NCBI GenBank assembly: GCA_030019415.1 | Contig: JASEEX010000004.1 | Span: 196-64,195 of the forward strand | Length of the DNA: 64,000 nucleotides | Reading direction: 5' to 3' | Origin: Thermodesulfovibrionales bacterium | GTDB lineage: Bacteria; Nitrospirota; Thermodesulfovibrionia; Thermodesulfovibrionales; SM23-35 | Shown here: positions 1 to 10,117 of the stretch, piece after piece | Position numbering within the stretch: position 1 is the first letter of the stretch | How the letters are laid out: every line of letters starts with the position of its first letter | Made by a program: the position numbers and the translations under genes | The notes under the pieces: model-generated | What the model was told of the DNA's origin: nothing | Database searches by the model: none | The model's input: the letters and a program-made list of their open reading frames with translations, nothing else

Positions 1-216
1 TAAATATACAAACGCGGTAAGTATCCTGATATAGGTAATATCAGACACCCATGCCTGGTTCACCCCTGTTATCTTTGCATCTTTCAGCAGGTTGGGATAA
101 ACCGGGTACTTATGCTTGCTGTCTGTCGTAGTTATCCATTTCTTTTTGATCTTACAGATCAGCGACTCCTCCTGCATGATCCTCAGTACTCGTTTATGGT
201 TTACAATTACCCCTGA
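1..216 (-). pseudogene. IS3-family transposase (OrfB, DDE integrase) fragment; N-terminally truncated, continues past window edge
   Basis: Reverse translation of 210..1 reads VIVNHKRVLRIMQEESLICKIKKKWITTTDSKHKYPVYPNLLKDAKITGVNQAWVSDITYIRILTAFVYL. This is the conserved NHKRV / TTDS.H / PNL / NQ.W..DITYI block of IS3-family OrfB. No OrfA or OrfB N-terminus lies upstream; similarity stops at the repeat end near 216. Confidence 0.6.
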
Positions 217-254
217 GTTAAATAAATTTTTGAACAATGTCTGCATTATTCGGG
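217..254. repeat. Copy A of a ~38-bp terminal repeat shared with the MITE-like elements at 9492-9676 and 12642-12795
   Basis: gttaaataaatttttgaacaatgtctgcattattcggg is near-identical to 9640-9676 and 12758-12795. Confidence 0.7.
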
Positions 255-1424
255 TTAATACAGGAACATCGGTTTACCGCTCACATGTCTGACCTTAGGG
301 CGATATTGTTCAATGTCATAGAGCTCCCGCACATCTACCCGTTTCAAACCTGTTGTGATGGTACTGATGGGAACGTCCGAGTATTGTCCGCTGCGAAGAA
401 CAACCAAGCGGCCCGTAGATTGCTTCCGGATCAAGTCAATGGCCATATTGGCGTAGTTTACCGCTACCATAAGATCCAGAGAATCCGGCGTACCACAGCG
501 CATCAAATAGAAGAGAGGCTGGAAAATGATATCAATTCCCGTCAGTTTTTTGATTGCCTCGGCAGTTAAGGCACCTATGCCCCCAAGTTTGCGGTGCCCA
601 TACGCATCTGCTTCACCTGATATTACCATTTCGCCACCCTCCATCTTAGCACCTTCGCTGATGGTCATCATGGCGTAATTGCTGGGATTCTGTTTTCTAT
701 CCTCTACCAGGAATTTTGCGAGCTTTTCTATGTTAAAGGGCACTTCAGAGATAATAGCCCGATCGACCCCGGAGAGGTAGGCGGAGACGAGGGAGGTTTC
801 GCCGCAATATCTTCCAAAGAGTTCGATGACGGCAATCCTTTCGTGAGAACCTGCGGAGGTTCGGAGGGAATTGATAAAGTTGACACTGCGAGTTACGGCT
901 GTAGAGAACCCGATACAGTAGTCTGTGCCATATACATCGTTGTCCATAGTTTTGGGAATAGCTACCACTGGAAATCCTTATCGGTGAATTCTCTCTGCAA
1001 AGGAAAAAGTATCATTACCTCCGATGGGAATCACCACGTCAATTCCTATCTTTTCCAAATTTGAAAGGATATGAGGTGTGAAGTCAGTTTTCTTTTTGTC
1101 TTTATCGAATTTGTCTCTCAAAAAATCTGGTGTATCTTCGAATTTGACTGCGCTGGGATTGGTGCGCGAGGTGTGTAAAAAGGTGCCTCCAAACCTATCT
1201 ATGGTACGGACTATAGGCTTATTCAACTCGATGATATTTTGTTCCAGGGACACTGGATCGTCATGATTATAATCGAGCAGTCCATCCCATCCTCTCCGAA
1301 TCCCTAACACCCGCATTCCTTCATCCACCCCCCTGTATACAAGTGTCTTGATGCAGGGATTAAGTCCTGGAACATCTCCTCCACCTGTCAAAATGGCAAT
1401 GGTTAGTTTTCTTTCTTTATACAT
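255..1424 (-). pseudogene. pfk: 6-phosphofructokinase paralogue (PfkA family) interrupted by one in-frame TAA (978-980)
   Basis: ORFs 978-1424 ([23 protein letters not shown]) and 255-968 ([11 protein letters not shown]) are in the same frame. The read-through is ...[20 protein letters not shown], and no other defect is seen. Confidence 0.75.
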
Positions 1425-1447
1425 GAATAGTTCCTCCCCAAACTCAT

Positions 1448-2524
1448 CTAATCTCCAAAGCTGATGCCTAAAGACCTGGCTGTCTGAATTATGTCGGAGT
1501 CCAGAGGCACTGATTTCATCTGACCAATTGCCTCTTCAATTGGTACAGCGCAGATGTCAGGCGGATGAAGTGCGACCATTGTCCCGAACATACCAGCCTC
1601 GATAAACCTTATCGCTGCTGTGCCGAATCTCAGAGAGAGGAGTCTATCAAAGGTAGTAGGTGCTCCTCCTCTCTGTAAATGACCGAGAACAATGACCCTC
1701 GTCTCTTTTCCTGTCCTATCTTCGATCTCGTCAGCCACCTTTTTTCCTATCCCACCGAGCCTGACCTCCCCTCCAGGCCTTTCTTCAATCACTGTTACCT
1801 TTCCGCCAACAGGCATGGCCCCTTCTGCTGCTACAACAATGGCATAATTCTGACCGATGAACTCGAGCTGTTTTATCTTATTACATACCTTTTCGATATC
1901 AAAAGGTATCTCCGGTATCAGGATAACATCGGCCGAACCTGACACCCCTGAATGCAGTGCTATCCAGCCTGTATATCTGCCCATTACCTCAACAACCATG
2001 ACCCTGTCATGAGATTTGGCAGTAGTGTGAAGCTTATCTATAGCCTCGGTAGCTGTATTGACTGCGGAATCAAATCCGAATGTAATGGCTGTTGCGCTGA
2101 TGTCATTATCAATGGTCTTCGGAATTCCTATAACAGGGATACCTTTTTCCATGAATTTACTCGCAATGCGGAGGCTACCATCACCTCCAATGACAATAAG
2201 GGCATCGAAACCCAGGGCATTAAAGTTCGAAACCACCATACCTGAAATATCAGTCTCTACCACATTTCCATCAGGCTTCTTCACAGGATATCTGAAGGGA
2301 TCACCCCTGATTGCAGAACCGAGAATGGTGCCCCCAATATTAGTGATATCCCAGACATATTCAGGGGTAAGGTGGACAATCTGTTTTGTATCAATCAGGC
2401 CCTGATAGCCGTACTTGATGCCATATATTTCCCACCCCTTCTGATGGGCAGCAAGAACTATACCACGGATGACTGCATTAAGACCAGGGGCATCACCCCC
2501 GCCAGTGTTAACAGCTATCTTCAT
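1448..2524 (-). CDS. pfkA: 6-phosphofructokinase (PfkA family), intact
   Basis: Motifs [28 protein letters not shown] and GIPKTIDND. The start is set at the internal ATG (2522-2524), directly after the stop of the upstream nitroreductase; the longer track ORF (to 2611) overlaps that gene. Confidence 0.85.
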   Translation of the reverse strand: MKIAVNTGGGDAPGLNAVIRGIVLAAHQKGWEIYGIKYGYQGLIDTKQIVHLTPEYVWDITNIGGTILGSAIRGDPFRYPVKKPDGNVVETDISGMVVSNFNALGFDALIVIGGDGSLRIASKFMEKGIPVIGIPKTIDNDISATAITFGFDSAVNTATEAIDKLHTTAKSHDRVMVVEVMGRYTGWIALHSGVSGSADVILIPEIPFDIEKVCNKIKQLEFIGQNYAIVVAAEGAMPVGGKVTVIEERPGGEVRLGGIGKKVADEIEDRTGKETRVIVLGHLQRGGAPTTFDRLLSLRFGTAAIRFIEAGMFGTMVALHPPDICAVPIEEAIGQMKSVPLDSDIIQTARSLGISFGD

Positions 2525-2525
2525 T

Positions 2526-3038
2526 CTATCGGAACTCCACTGCCTCCTCTTTTGATACCCTCGGAGGGGGACTGGGAATCTTTGATGGATAACCAACAGC
2601 CACGAGAGCAACGGGTCTCAAGTTCTTAGGGAGTTTCAAAATTTCAATTACAGCATCCTCATTAAAGGCCCCAACCCATACACTTCCTAATCCATTCTCA
2701 TAAGCTACAAGCATCATACCCATAAGGCTACAGGCAATATCCTGAATTGAATATAGGTAAATCCCTCTTTCTCCATATCTAAAAGATATACGGCTGTCGC
2801 TGCATCCAACTATCAAGAGAGGTGCCTCTGCAAGGAAATTCTGGTTCAAGGCAGCTACAGCAATCTTCTTCTTAAGCCTCTCGTCTTTTATAAAATAAAA
2901 TTTTCGTGCCTGAAGATTCCCTGCACTCGGTGCCCATATCAGGGCTTCAATGAGTTTATCAACAATATCCTGTGGTATTTCTTTCTTCTGAAAGTCACGA
3001 ACACTTCTACGCTCCTTAACTGCTTTCAAAATATCCAT
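2526..3038 (-). CDS. Nitroreductase-family protein
   Basis: The N-terminus RRSVRDF...APSAGNLQ is typical of the nitroreductase fold; 170 aa. Confidence 0.8.
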   Translation of the reverse strand: MDILKAVKERRSVRDFQKKEIPQDIVDKLIEALIWAPSAGNLQARKFYFIKDERLKKKIAVAALNQNFLAEAPLLIVGCSDSRISFRYGERGIYLYSIQDIACSLMGMMLVAYENGLGSVWVGAFNEDAVIEILKLPKNLRPVALVAVGYPSKIPSPPPRVSKEEAVEFR

Positions 3039-3041
3039 AGC

Positions 3042-3176
3042 TTACGGCTCCTTTAAATTCTTTTTTCTTTTATGCCGCATTTGATCGCCAAAGAGTATTC
3101 GACTGAAGGAGTAAAGAAAGAGTCCACCAACAAAGACCCATACGATTAACATGAACATCCATCCTTGCCAGTTCAT
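3042..3176 (-). CDS. Small single-TM protein, probable NSS-transporter small subunit (MetS-like)
   Basis: MNWQGWMFMLIVWVFVGGLFLYSF... (44 aa). Its ATG overlaps the transporter stop (ATGA at 3173-3176). The longer track ORF start is unlikely. Confidence 0.45.
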   Translation of the reverse strand: MNWQGWMFMLIVWVFVGGLFLYSFSRILFGDQMRHKRKKNLKEP

Positions 3177-4810
3177 CTTAAAACCTCTTTTTCCTGACGC
3201 TTTCCCACCAACCGAACTATGATGCACATTCCCAAAAAGACAAACATAAGGAAGGCACGGGTGACCCATACCGCCCATCCCATATCCACTCCTTCCAAGG
3301 CCTTCTGGAAAATGGTGCCCTTAAAAAATGGTAAAGCAATGTTTTGATAAATCCATGCCGCTAAGATCGCCCCGAGAAAAAGAGGAGTAATGTATTTAGC
3401 GATATAGTAGAAAAAAAAGGGTACACGAAGTTGTGCACCTTTGTGCATCTCATCCCAAATCCTCTTCCCTCCGAAAATCCACATTATTATAATGACCTCT
3501 ACAAATGCCAGAAGTGGTGGGCCGAAAGTTCCAGCCCAGAAATCCATAACCTGCCATCCTCCGCGCAGGTAAATGCAGAGATGGCAAGTTAGAAACCAGA
3601 AAATGCCCAGCATTATTGCTGCCTTTTGGCGGACAATGCCGATTTCATCTTCAAGAAATGCAGTTATTGGTTGAGCAAGTGCGACGATAGAAGTTAAGGC
3701 CGCTAAAAAGAGAAGTATGAACCAGAGAAAGCCCAAAAGATTACCTCCTGGTAAGAACCCGAAAATAGCAGGCATAGATGTAAAACCAAGATAGAAGGAG
3801 CCTTGCGAGGCAATTACCTGAGCTGAAGCCACCCCAAAAAATGCTGCTGCAGCAGGAATAGCTATAGAGCCACCAAGAATGACCTCTGCAAACTCATTGG
3901 CAGAAGTAGTAGCCAGTCCTGAAAGTACCACATCGTCATTTTCGCGGAGATAAGAGGCATAACACTGAATAGCCCCCATGCCTAAACTAAGGGTAAAGAA
4001 GACCTGTCCTGCGGCTTCCAGCCATGTCTGAGCATCCAGCAGGACAAATACCTGCCCTCCATCACGCTCGATGAACCATTTCGGCTCCCAAAGGAATGCA
4101 AGTCCATTCATCGGGCCATAATGTTCTGTAACGGGGTAGCCTAAGGTTAAAACACGTATGACTAATACTACCCCAAGAAGAAAAAAAATAGGCATAGCAA
4201 TTTTAGCCAAAACTTCTATGCCTCGAGAGATACCCCTTGCCAACAACCTGATACTTAATAGTAAGACGAGAACAAAGATAGCATAAGTAAAAGCCTGTAC
4301 ATGCAGGAATTCTCCATCTGCCTTTCCAGTATAGGTGTTGCGGAACTCCTCAAAAGGTTGAAGGACGGTTCTGAAAATTTCTTGAGAGCTCATATCTGGA
4401 CGAAGGGCAGATTGTTCCACCTTGGGTAACAGGTCAAGGAGACTATAAATGCCATAACCAAGTGTCCAGCTACCAATATAGGTGTAGTAAATGAGGATAA
4501 CCGTTGGAATAAAAAGCCCTAATACGCCCAGATATTTTGCAATACGGCTTTGCCACATAGCCTGAAATATGCCCGGGGTTGTACCATGCCCTCTTACGCC
4601 TCCAAAACGGCCCTGTGTCCATTCCAGCCACATAAGAGGAATCGCCATGAGGACTAAAGAGATAAGGTAAGGTATCATGAATGCCCCGCCACCATTTGCT
4701 GCTGCCTTGCCAGGAAAACGAAGGAAATTACCAAGACCAATGGCATTTCCAGCCATGGCTAACACAAGGCCTATCTTAGTTTTCCATTTTTCGCGCTCTA
4801 TAGAAACCAT
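3173..4810 (-). CDS. Sodium:neurotransmitter symporter (NSS/SNF) family transporter
   Basis: AMAGNAIGLGNFLRFPGKAAANGGGAFMIPY is the signature of the family, and the protein is multi-TM throughout. The start is chosen at MVSIEREKWK (4810), downstream of the thiE stop. Confidence 0.85.
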   Translation of the reverse strand: MVSIEREKWKTKIGLVLAMAGNAIGLGNFLRFPGKAAANGGGAFMIPYLISLVLMAIPLMWLEWTQGRFGGVRGHGTTPGIFQAMWQSRIAKYLGVLGLFIPTVILIYYTYIGSWTLGYGIYSLLDLLPKVEQSALRPDMSSQEIFRTVLQPFEEFRNTYTGKADGEFLHVQAFTYAIFVLVLLLSIRLLARGISRGIEVLAKIAMPIFFLLGVVLVIRVLTLGYPVTEHYGPMNGLAFLWEPKWFIERDGGQVFVLLDAQTWLEAAGQVFFTLSLGMGAIQCYASYLRENDDVVLSGLATTSANEFAEVILGGSIAIPAAAAFFGVASAQVIASQGSFYLGFTSMPAIFGFLPGGNLLGFLWFILLFLAALTSIVALAQPITAFLEDEIGIVRQKAAIMLGIFWFLTCHLCIYLRGGWQVMDFWAGTFGPPLLAFVEVIIIMWIFGGKRIWDEMHKGAQLRVPFFFYYIAKYITPLFLGAILAAWIYQNIALPFFKGTIFQKALEGVDMGWAVWVTRAFLMFVFLGMCIIVRLVGKRQEKEVLR

Positions 4811-4823
4811 AGCAGTGTCAGAA

Positions 4824-5486
4824 TTATTTTTCTGAAAATATATCACGGTACGACTGCAATTGGGAGGGTAAGAATGAGGACCTGATGATCTCCATAAAAA
4901 GCCTGGCATTCTTCTTAATATCCCCTTTTAGAATTGCTGATGCAACTGCAACAGCATCAACACCGGTATCAAGAACTGACCTGATATTTTCGAGGCTTAT
5001 ACCCCCTATTGCAACTACCGGTATATTTACCTGCCTTTTAACCTCTCGAAGCATATCAGTACCCTTTGGTTCGCCGGCATCCTTTGTCAGGGTATGAAAC
5101 ACAGGTCCAAAACCAATATAATCAGCGCCGCCCCTTTCTGCCTCTATAGCCTGCTCTAAACTATGGGTCGAGACACCAATTATCCTGTCTCTGCCCATTA
5201 TCTTTCGCGCCTCTCTAAGGGGCAGGTCATCCTGTCCGAGATGAACACCATCTGCATCTACACAGATTGCAATATCCACGTAGTCATTTACTATAAATAC
5301 AGCATTATAGTCCTTTGTAAACTTTCTTAACTTGACTGCTTCCTCGTAAACCTCGCGCCTCGATCTCTCTTTTTCCCTGTACTGGACCCACCTTACACCT
5401 GCCGTGAGAACCTTAATCGTCATATCCTCGCAGGAAAGACCAGATGCCTTACGGTCAGTAATAAAACATAATCCGCCGAGATACAT
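4824..5486 (-). CDS. thiE: Thiamine-phosphate synthase
   Basis: FITDR..., VQYREK, DGVHLGQDD, GVSTHS and GADYIGFGPVF are typical ThiE motifs. Confidence 0.85.
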   Translation of the reverse strand: MYLGGLCFITDRKASGLSCEDMTIKVLTAGVRWVQYREKERSRREVYEEAVKLRKFTKDYNAVFIVNDYVDIAICVDADGVHLGQDDLPLREARKIMGRDRIIGVSTHSLEQAIEAERGGADYIGFGPVFHTLTKDAGEPKGTDMLREVKRQVNIPVVAIGGISLENIRSVLDTGVDAVAVASAILKGDIKKNARLFMEIIRSSFLPSQLQSYRDIFSEK

Positions 5487-5496
5487 ATTTTTCTAA

Positions 5497-5622
5497 AATT
5501 CCAATAACCAAATTCCAAATACCAAATAAAACCATTTCACAATCACCAATTAACCCAGCAGTTTCGGCCTTCCTAAATCGAATTGAAATTTAGGTATTAG
5601 GTATTGTTTGGTTATTGGAATT
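5497..5622. repeat. Inverted short-period repeat arms (AATAACCAA type) around a ~90-bp core
   Basis: aattccaataaccaaa (5497-5512) is the perfect reverse complement of tttggttattggaatt (5607-5622). The arms continue imperfectly. The repeat flavour is the same as at 44040-44333. Confidence 0.6.
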
Positions 5623-5625
5623 TGG

Positions 5626-6993
5626 TCATTGGTTATTTTTTATTGAAGAGCTATTTATCTTCTCTACGAAAGTTGTATTAAAGTCTCCCTTTATGAAATC
5701 AGGATTGTTCAGGACCTTCTTATGAAAGGGGATAGTTGTCTTTACACCTTCGATTATAAATTCATCGAGGGCGCGCCTCATCCGGGCAATCGCCTCCTCC
5801 CTGTCTCTCCCATGAACAATCAGTTTAGCTATGAGGGAATCATAATGCGGTGATATGACATATCCGCTGTATATTGCTGTATCCACCCTAACACCCGGGC
5901 CTCCAGGAAGAGAAAGGAATGTAATCTTCCCTAAAGAGGGGATAAATCTTTCAGGGTCTTCTGCGCAAATCCTGCATTCTATAGCATGGCCTGAAGGCCT
6001 TATCTGGGACTGCTTGTACTCCAAGGGGAATCCAGCTGAAAGCTTAATCTGTTCCTTTATTATATCAACGCCAGTAACTGCCTCAGTCACAGGATGCTCA
6101 ACCTGGATACGGGTATTAATCTCCATGAAATAGATATTACCTTCATGGTTGACTATAAACTCTACTGTACCTATATTTCTGTATCGAATAGCCCGGGCAG
6201 CCTTTACGCCATACTCTCCTATTCTCCTTCTGAACTTTTCTGCTGTCGAGATAGGTGAAGGAGACTCCTCTATAAGTTTCTGATGCCTCCTCTGGATTGA
6301 ACAATCCCTTTCATCGAGGTGGATAACATTGCCTTTGCTGTCTGCCATAATCTGGACTTCTATATGCCTTGCCTCTGGTATATATTCCTCTATATAAAGC
6401 TCGCTATTGCCGAATGCAGCTAATGCCTCCCTCTGTGCCACGTTGAATAGCTGCTCAAGGTCTTTCTCCTCTTTTACAATCCTCATGCCATGACCTCCTC
6501 CACCTGCAGACGCCTTGATTACTACAGGGAATCCTATCTTTTTTGCAGCCTTCATAGCCACCTCTTCCGTGGCAACGGGTCCATCACTTCCAGGCACAAC
6601 AGGCACACCCTTCCTTTTCATCATCTGCCTTGCCTTTGCTTTATCACCACCAAGCCTTATATTCTCAGGACTTGGACCTATAAACGTTAGACCAGAAGTG
6701 ACGCAAGCCTCAGCAAAATGGTAATTCTCTGATAAAAAACCGTAACCAGGATGTATAGCCTCCGAGTCTGTTATCTCAGCAGCACTCAAAATAGCGGGAA
6801 TATTCAGATAACTCTGGTTTGGGTTTGCAGGTCCTATACATACGGATTCGTCTGCAAGCCTTACATGGAGGGACTCCTTCTCTACGTCTGAGTATACTGC
6901 AACAGTCTTTATTCCAAGCTCTTTACAGGCACGGATGATCCTGACAGCAATCTCACCACGACTCGCTATTAAAATCTTTTTGAATAGTTTCAT
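5626..6993 (-). CDS. accC: Acetyl-CoA carboxylase, biotin carboxylase subunit
   Basis: [18 protein letters not shown], the ATP-grasp motifs and [14 protein letters not shown]; 455 aa. Confidence 0.95.
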   Translation of the reverse strand: MKLFKKILIASRGEIAVRIIRACKELGIKTVAVYSDVEKESLHVRLADESVCIGPANPNQSYLNIPAILSAAEITDSEAIHPGYGFLSENYHFAEACVTSGLTFIGPSPENIRLGGDKAKARQMMKRKGVPVVPGSDGPVATEEVAMKAAKKIGFPVVIKASAGGGGHGMRIVKEEKDLEQLFNVAQREALAAFGNSELYIEEYIPEARHIEVQIMADSKGNVIHLDERDCSIQRRHQKLIEESPSPISTAEKFRRRIGEYGVKAARAIRYRNIGTVEFIVNHEGNIYFMEINTRIQVEHPVTEAVTGVDIIKEQIKLSAGFPLEYKQSQIRPSGHAIECRICAEDPERFIPSLGKITFLSLPGGPGVRVDTAIYSGYVISPHYDSLIAKLIVHGRDREEAIARMRRALDEFIIEGVKTTIPFHKKVLNNPDFIKGDFNTTFVEKINSSSIKNNQ

Positions 6994-7007
6994 CTCAATT
7001 TTTCCAT

Positions 7008-7091
7008 TGTCATTCCCACGAATCCGCCTCAGGCGGAGGGAATCCAGACTCTACAGAAAAATACTGGATTCCTGCTTTTGCAGGAATGACA
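7008..7091. repeat. TGTCATTCC...GGAATGACA palindromic element between accB and accC
   Basis: The ends tgtcattcc (7008-7016) and ggaatgaca (7083-7091) are complementary. Inner pairs are ggaatccag/ctggattcc and the palindrome tccgcctcaggcgga. Same family as 30305-30435. Confidence 0.6.
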
Positions 7092-7150
7092 AAATGCATA
7101 TTATTAAAGATCTTGATGCCATGTACTGTCTATAGAGATTATTCATTAGT

Positions 7151-7582
7151 TTATGCAGGCTCGATGAGAAATAATGGCTCACCATATTCAACAGGCTGAC
7201 CATTCTCCACTAAGGGCTTTACGACAATACCATCAACCTCGCTCTCTATCTCGTTCATGAGTTTCATTGCCTCGATGATGCATAGAACCTGGCCCTTCTT
7301 TACCCTCGATCCTACCTCCACAAATGAAGCAGCCTCAGGTGAAGGCGACCTGTAGAACGTGCCGACAATAGGTGAGGTTACTGTGATAAGCCTCGTCTCT
7401 TCCCCCGTCTCCTGTGTTATCTTCTCTTGAAGACCTCCAAATTTCTGCACAGGTATCTCCATGGAGGATAAAATCTTCTCCCTTTTGATTCTCACTTTCG
7501 TACCATCTTTTTCTAACTGTAATTCAGTAATATCTGTCTCCTTGAGAAGTTCGATAAGTTCTTTTAAATCCTCGATTTCCAT
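7151..7582 (-). CDS. accB: Biotin carboxyl carrier protein
   Basis: The C-terminal biotinyl domain carries the [10 protein letters not shown] motif. Confidence 0.9.
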   Translation of the reverse strand: MEIEDLKELIELLKETDITELQLEKDGTKVRIKREKILSSMEIPVQKFGGLQEKITQETGEETRLITVTSPIVGTFYRSPSPEAASFVEVGSRVKKGQVLCIIEAMKLMNEIESEVDGIVVKPLVENGQPVEYGEPLFLIEPA

Positions 7583-8160
7583 TATTTTACCCTTTCTATA
7601 TATTCCGATGTCCTCGTGTCCACCCTGATGGTGTTTTCCTCGTTTATATGAAAGGGGACTTTAACCACAGCCCCTGTTTCTAATGTTGCTGGCTTGCTAC
7701 TTGCTGATGCTGTATCCCCTCTGAATCCCGCTGGGTCTGTTTTTATAACCAGGAGCTCAACAAAGGTTGGGAGTTCTACACTCAACGGAACCCCTTTATA
7801 GTAGAGGATTCTAACTACCATATTTTCCTTTAGAAATTTCTTTGCCTCGCCGAGCTGGTCAGCAGTAAGTGGAACCTGCTCGTAAGTCTCCTCATCCATG
7901 AAATAATACATACCGTCCTGCATATAGAGGTATTGCATCTTCTTTTCCTCAAGCTCGGGGGCCTCCAATCTTTCACCTGACCTGAAGGTTTCCTCAAGGA
8001 CACTCCCTGTCCTCAGACTCTTCAGTTTTGTCCTGACAACAGCTCCACCCCTCCCCATCTTCACATGCTGAAAGTCTATTATCTCGAAGGGGTCACCTTT
8101 AAATTTTATTTTGAGACCCCTTCTGAAATCACTTGTTGAAACCAAATTAATACCTCTCAC
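7582..8160 (-). CDS. efp: Translation elongation factor P
   Basis: [42 protein letters not shown] is the typical EF-P N-terminus. The exact start codon is uncertain. Confidence 0.9.
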   Translation of the reverse strand: MRGINLVSTSDFRRGLKIKFKGDPFEIIDFQHVKMGRGGAVVRTKLKSLRTGSVLEETFRSGERLEAPELEEKKMQYLYMQDGMYYFMDEETYEQVPLTADQLGEAKKFLKENMVVRILYYKGVPLSVELPTFVELLVIKTDPAGFRGDTASASSKPATLETGAVVKVPFHINEENTIRVDTRTSEYIERVK

Positions 8161-8170
8161 GGTCTAAAAA

Positions 8171-8311
8171 GTAAACCCCGTTAGAAAGGACGGGGCTTTT
8201 ACTCCGCCCTTTCTGCAAGGGACGTTGATCATTCGATCTACGTCCCAAGGAATTAAATTTTTGTTTATATCATCCCCGCCATAAATGGCAGGGCTTTCTA
8301 ACGGGGTAAAC
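8171..8311. repeat. Palindromic element with GTAAACCCCGTTAGAAA ends and three internal hairpins
   Basis: gtaaaccccgttagaaag (8171-8188) pairs with ctttctaacggggtaaac (8294-8311), 16 of 18 complementary. Internal stems include gggacgt...acgtccc and ccccgcca...tggcaggg. The same ends occur inside ppx at 44996-45034. Confidence 0.6.
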
Positions 8312-8372
8312 AATTTTACCATTTTTGATAATATATTTTCTTATTCAAGGCCTTCTTTTTTATAAAGACAGG

Positions 8373-9455
8373 CTATCTCATTATATCGAGTTCTTTTGGA
8401 AGGGTTGTCAGGACCGCAGGTCCATCAGGTTTTACCATTACCATATCCTCTATTCTCACTCCCCCGAGTCCTGGCACATAGATGCCCGGCTCGATTGTAA
8501 AGACCATATTCTCTTTAATAACCTCTCTTTTATTCCGCGTTATACTTGGTAGTTCATGGACCTGAAGGCCAACCCCATGGCCAGTTCCGTGTCCAAAAAA
8601 CTCACCGTAACCTGCCTTTCTTACAACATTCCTGGCAAAACTGTCTACCTCTCTGGATTCTACCCCTGGGGAAACAAGAGAAATAGCCCTCTTGTTTGCC
8701 TCTAATACGAGTTGATAGATCTCCTTCTTTTTATTAATATTATCTCCTTTACATATGAGCAATGTCCGGCTCATATCCGAGAAATAACCATCAGCCTCTC
8801 CACCCCAGTCTACAATTATAAGATCACCCTTATTTAATATCCTTTCCGTTGGCCTGGCGTGGGGCATAGCCGAATTCGGACCTGATGCAACTATTACATC
8901 AAAGGGAATATGCCTGCAGCCTTTCTTCTTCAATCTCTCCTCGAGTCTCAGGGCTATAGCCCTCTCCCTTACCCCCTGCTTTATATACGGCCTTACTTCA
9001 AGAAAGGTAATCTCTGCACGCCTTACCGCCTCCCTGATTGAATTTATCTCAATAGCATCCTTTATTTCCCTTAACCTTTCTATGAGACCCTTGAAGGCCT
9101 TCAGGCTCAGATCCTCAGATAATCTTCTAAAAAACTCATAGGAGACAGAAGACTCAAGGCCGAGTTTCTTTATTCCAATCCTTCGAGAGAGATCTTTTAT
9201 GGCCTTTATCATCCCCTTTTTTTCTATGATAATATCCCAATCTCTTACCTCCCTTTCTGCCTGCTTTCCATATCTAAAGTCTGTTACAAAGATACTTTCC
9301 CTCTTTGTGATTAAGAGAAGACTCGATGAGCCTGTAAAACCGGTAAGATACCGAATATTATTTATTTCTGTGACGAGGAAACCATCAATCCCCTTTCTTT
9401 TGAGAAATCCCTTTATTTTGGCAACTCGCGAAGAATAATTAGTGACAAGTGACAC
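8373..9455 (-). CDS. Xaa-Pro aminopeptidase / M24-family peptidase
   Basis: A creatinase-like N-domain is followed by M24 metal-ligand motifs (DWGG..DGY.SD, HGTGHGVGL.VHE, EPG.Y). Confidence 0.85.
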   Translation of the reverse strand: MSLVTNYSSRVAKIKGFLKRKGIDGFLVTEINNIRYLTGFTGSSSLLLITKRESIFVTDFRYGKQAEREVRDWDIIIEKKGMIKAIKDLSRRIGIKKLGLESSVSYEFFRRLSEDLSLKAFKGLIERLREIKDAIEINSIREAVRRAEITFLEVRPYIKQGVRERAIALRLEERLKKKGCRHIPFDVIVASGPNSAMPHARPTERILNKGDLIIVDWGGEADGYFSDMSRTLLICKGDNINKKKEIYQLVLEANKRAISLVSPGVESREVDSFARNVVRKAGYGEFFGHGTGHGVGLQVHELPSITRNKREVIKENMVFTIEPGIYVPGLGGVRIEDMVMVKPDGPAVLTTLPKELDIMR

Positions 9456-9491
9456 TTTTTAAGAGTTATTAACCCAAATAAGGCAATTGAG

Positions 9492-9676
9492 ATAATACAG
9501 ATGTTGTGAAAAAATTTATTTTTTGATACCTTAGTGTACCTTTAGGCAGCACTTTCCCAAAAGTGCTGCCTTTAACTGATGGTTTTTGGAATATTTTAGT
9601 GAATATAACAAATAAAGATATTCTCAATAAATTCATCAAGTTAAATAAATTTTTGAACAATGTCTGCATTATTCGG
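9492..9676. mobile_element. MITE-like element (copy B) with ~30-bp terminal inverted repeats
   Basis: The left end ataatacagatgttgtgaaaaaatttattt matches the reverse complement of the right end ataatgcagacattgttcaaaaatttattt in about 25 of 30 positions. There is an internal 11-bp hairpin (ggcagcacttt/aaagtgctgcc) and no credible coding capacity. Confidence 0.65.
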
Positions 9677-9688
9677 TTAATTAATTGC

Positions 9689-10117
9689 TCATTTAGACAA
9701 TATATTTTTTGCTGCCCTCAGGGCAAGGAGGTAACTATCAGGTCCGAAGCCACTTATCTGCCCAACAGCAACATCTGCTATGAAAGACCTCCTCCTGAAT
9801 TCCTCGCGCCTGTAGATATTTGAGAGATGCACCTCTATCGAAGGTTTGCCCACTGCTACGAGGGCATCTCTTATTGCTATACTCGTATGTGTGTAAGCGG
9901 CAGGGTTTATAATCAAGGCATCATAGGCACCTTTCTGGATAGCATCTATTATCTCTCCCTCACTGTTAAGCTGCAGTATCCTGACATCGATACCAAGGTC
10001 TGAAGCGAGGGAAAGGATCTCATTGTTTATATCATCAAGCGACTTGGTTCCATATATATCTGTCTCCCTTCTGCCGAGAAGGTTCAGGTTAGGACCGTGG
10101 ATGACTAAGACCTTCAT
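9689..10117 (-). CDS. aroQ: 3-dehydroquinate dehydratase, type II
   Basis: [21 protein letters not shown] and the [14 protein letters not shown] motif. Confidence 0.9.
   Translation of the reverse strand: MKVLVIHGPNLNLLGRRETDIYGTKSLDDINNEILSLASDLGIDVRILQLNSEGEIIDAIQKGAYDALIINPAAYTHTSIAIRDALVAVGKPSIEVHLSNIYRREEFRRRSFIADVAVGQISGFGPDSYLLALRAAKNILSK

Noticed and set aside
975-983. Programmed recoding (selenocysteine or pyrrolysine) at the pfk in-frame stop
   Set aside because: The codon is TAA, not TGA or TAG. TAA is used as a normal terminator by many genes in the window.
2525-2611. N-terminal extensions of track ORFs (pfkA to 2611, NSS transporter to 4909, kinase to 13756, korB to 45312, IS256 transposase to 40491)
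   Set aside because: The extensions overlap the upstream gene or lack an RBS. Internal starts give canonical family N-termini and sit right after upstream stops or good SD sequences.
5487-5625. Possible TPP riboswitch upstream of thiE
   Set aside because: No CTGAGA / ACCTGATCTGGATAATGCCAGCG-type core is visible on the minus strand. The interval is explained by inverted repeat arms.
9469-9669. 66-aa ORF starting MQTLFKNLFN
   Set aside because: It lies wholly inside the MITE-like element. The same first ten codons are produced by the terminal repeat wherever it occurs (also at 246 downward), so the ORF is a by-product of the repeat.
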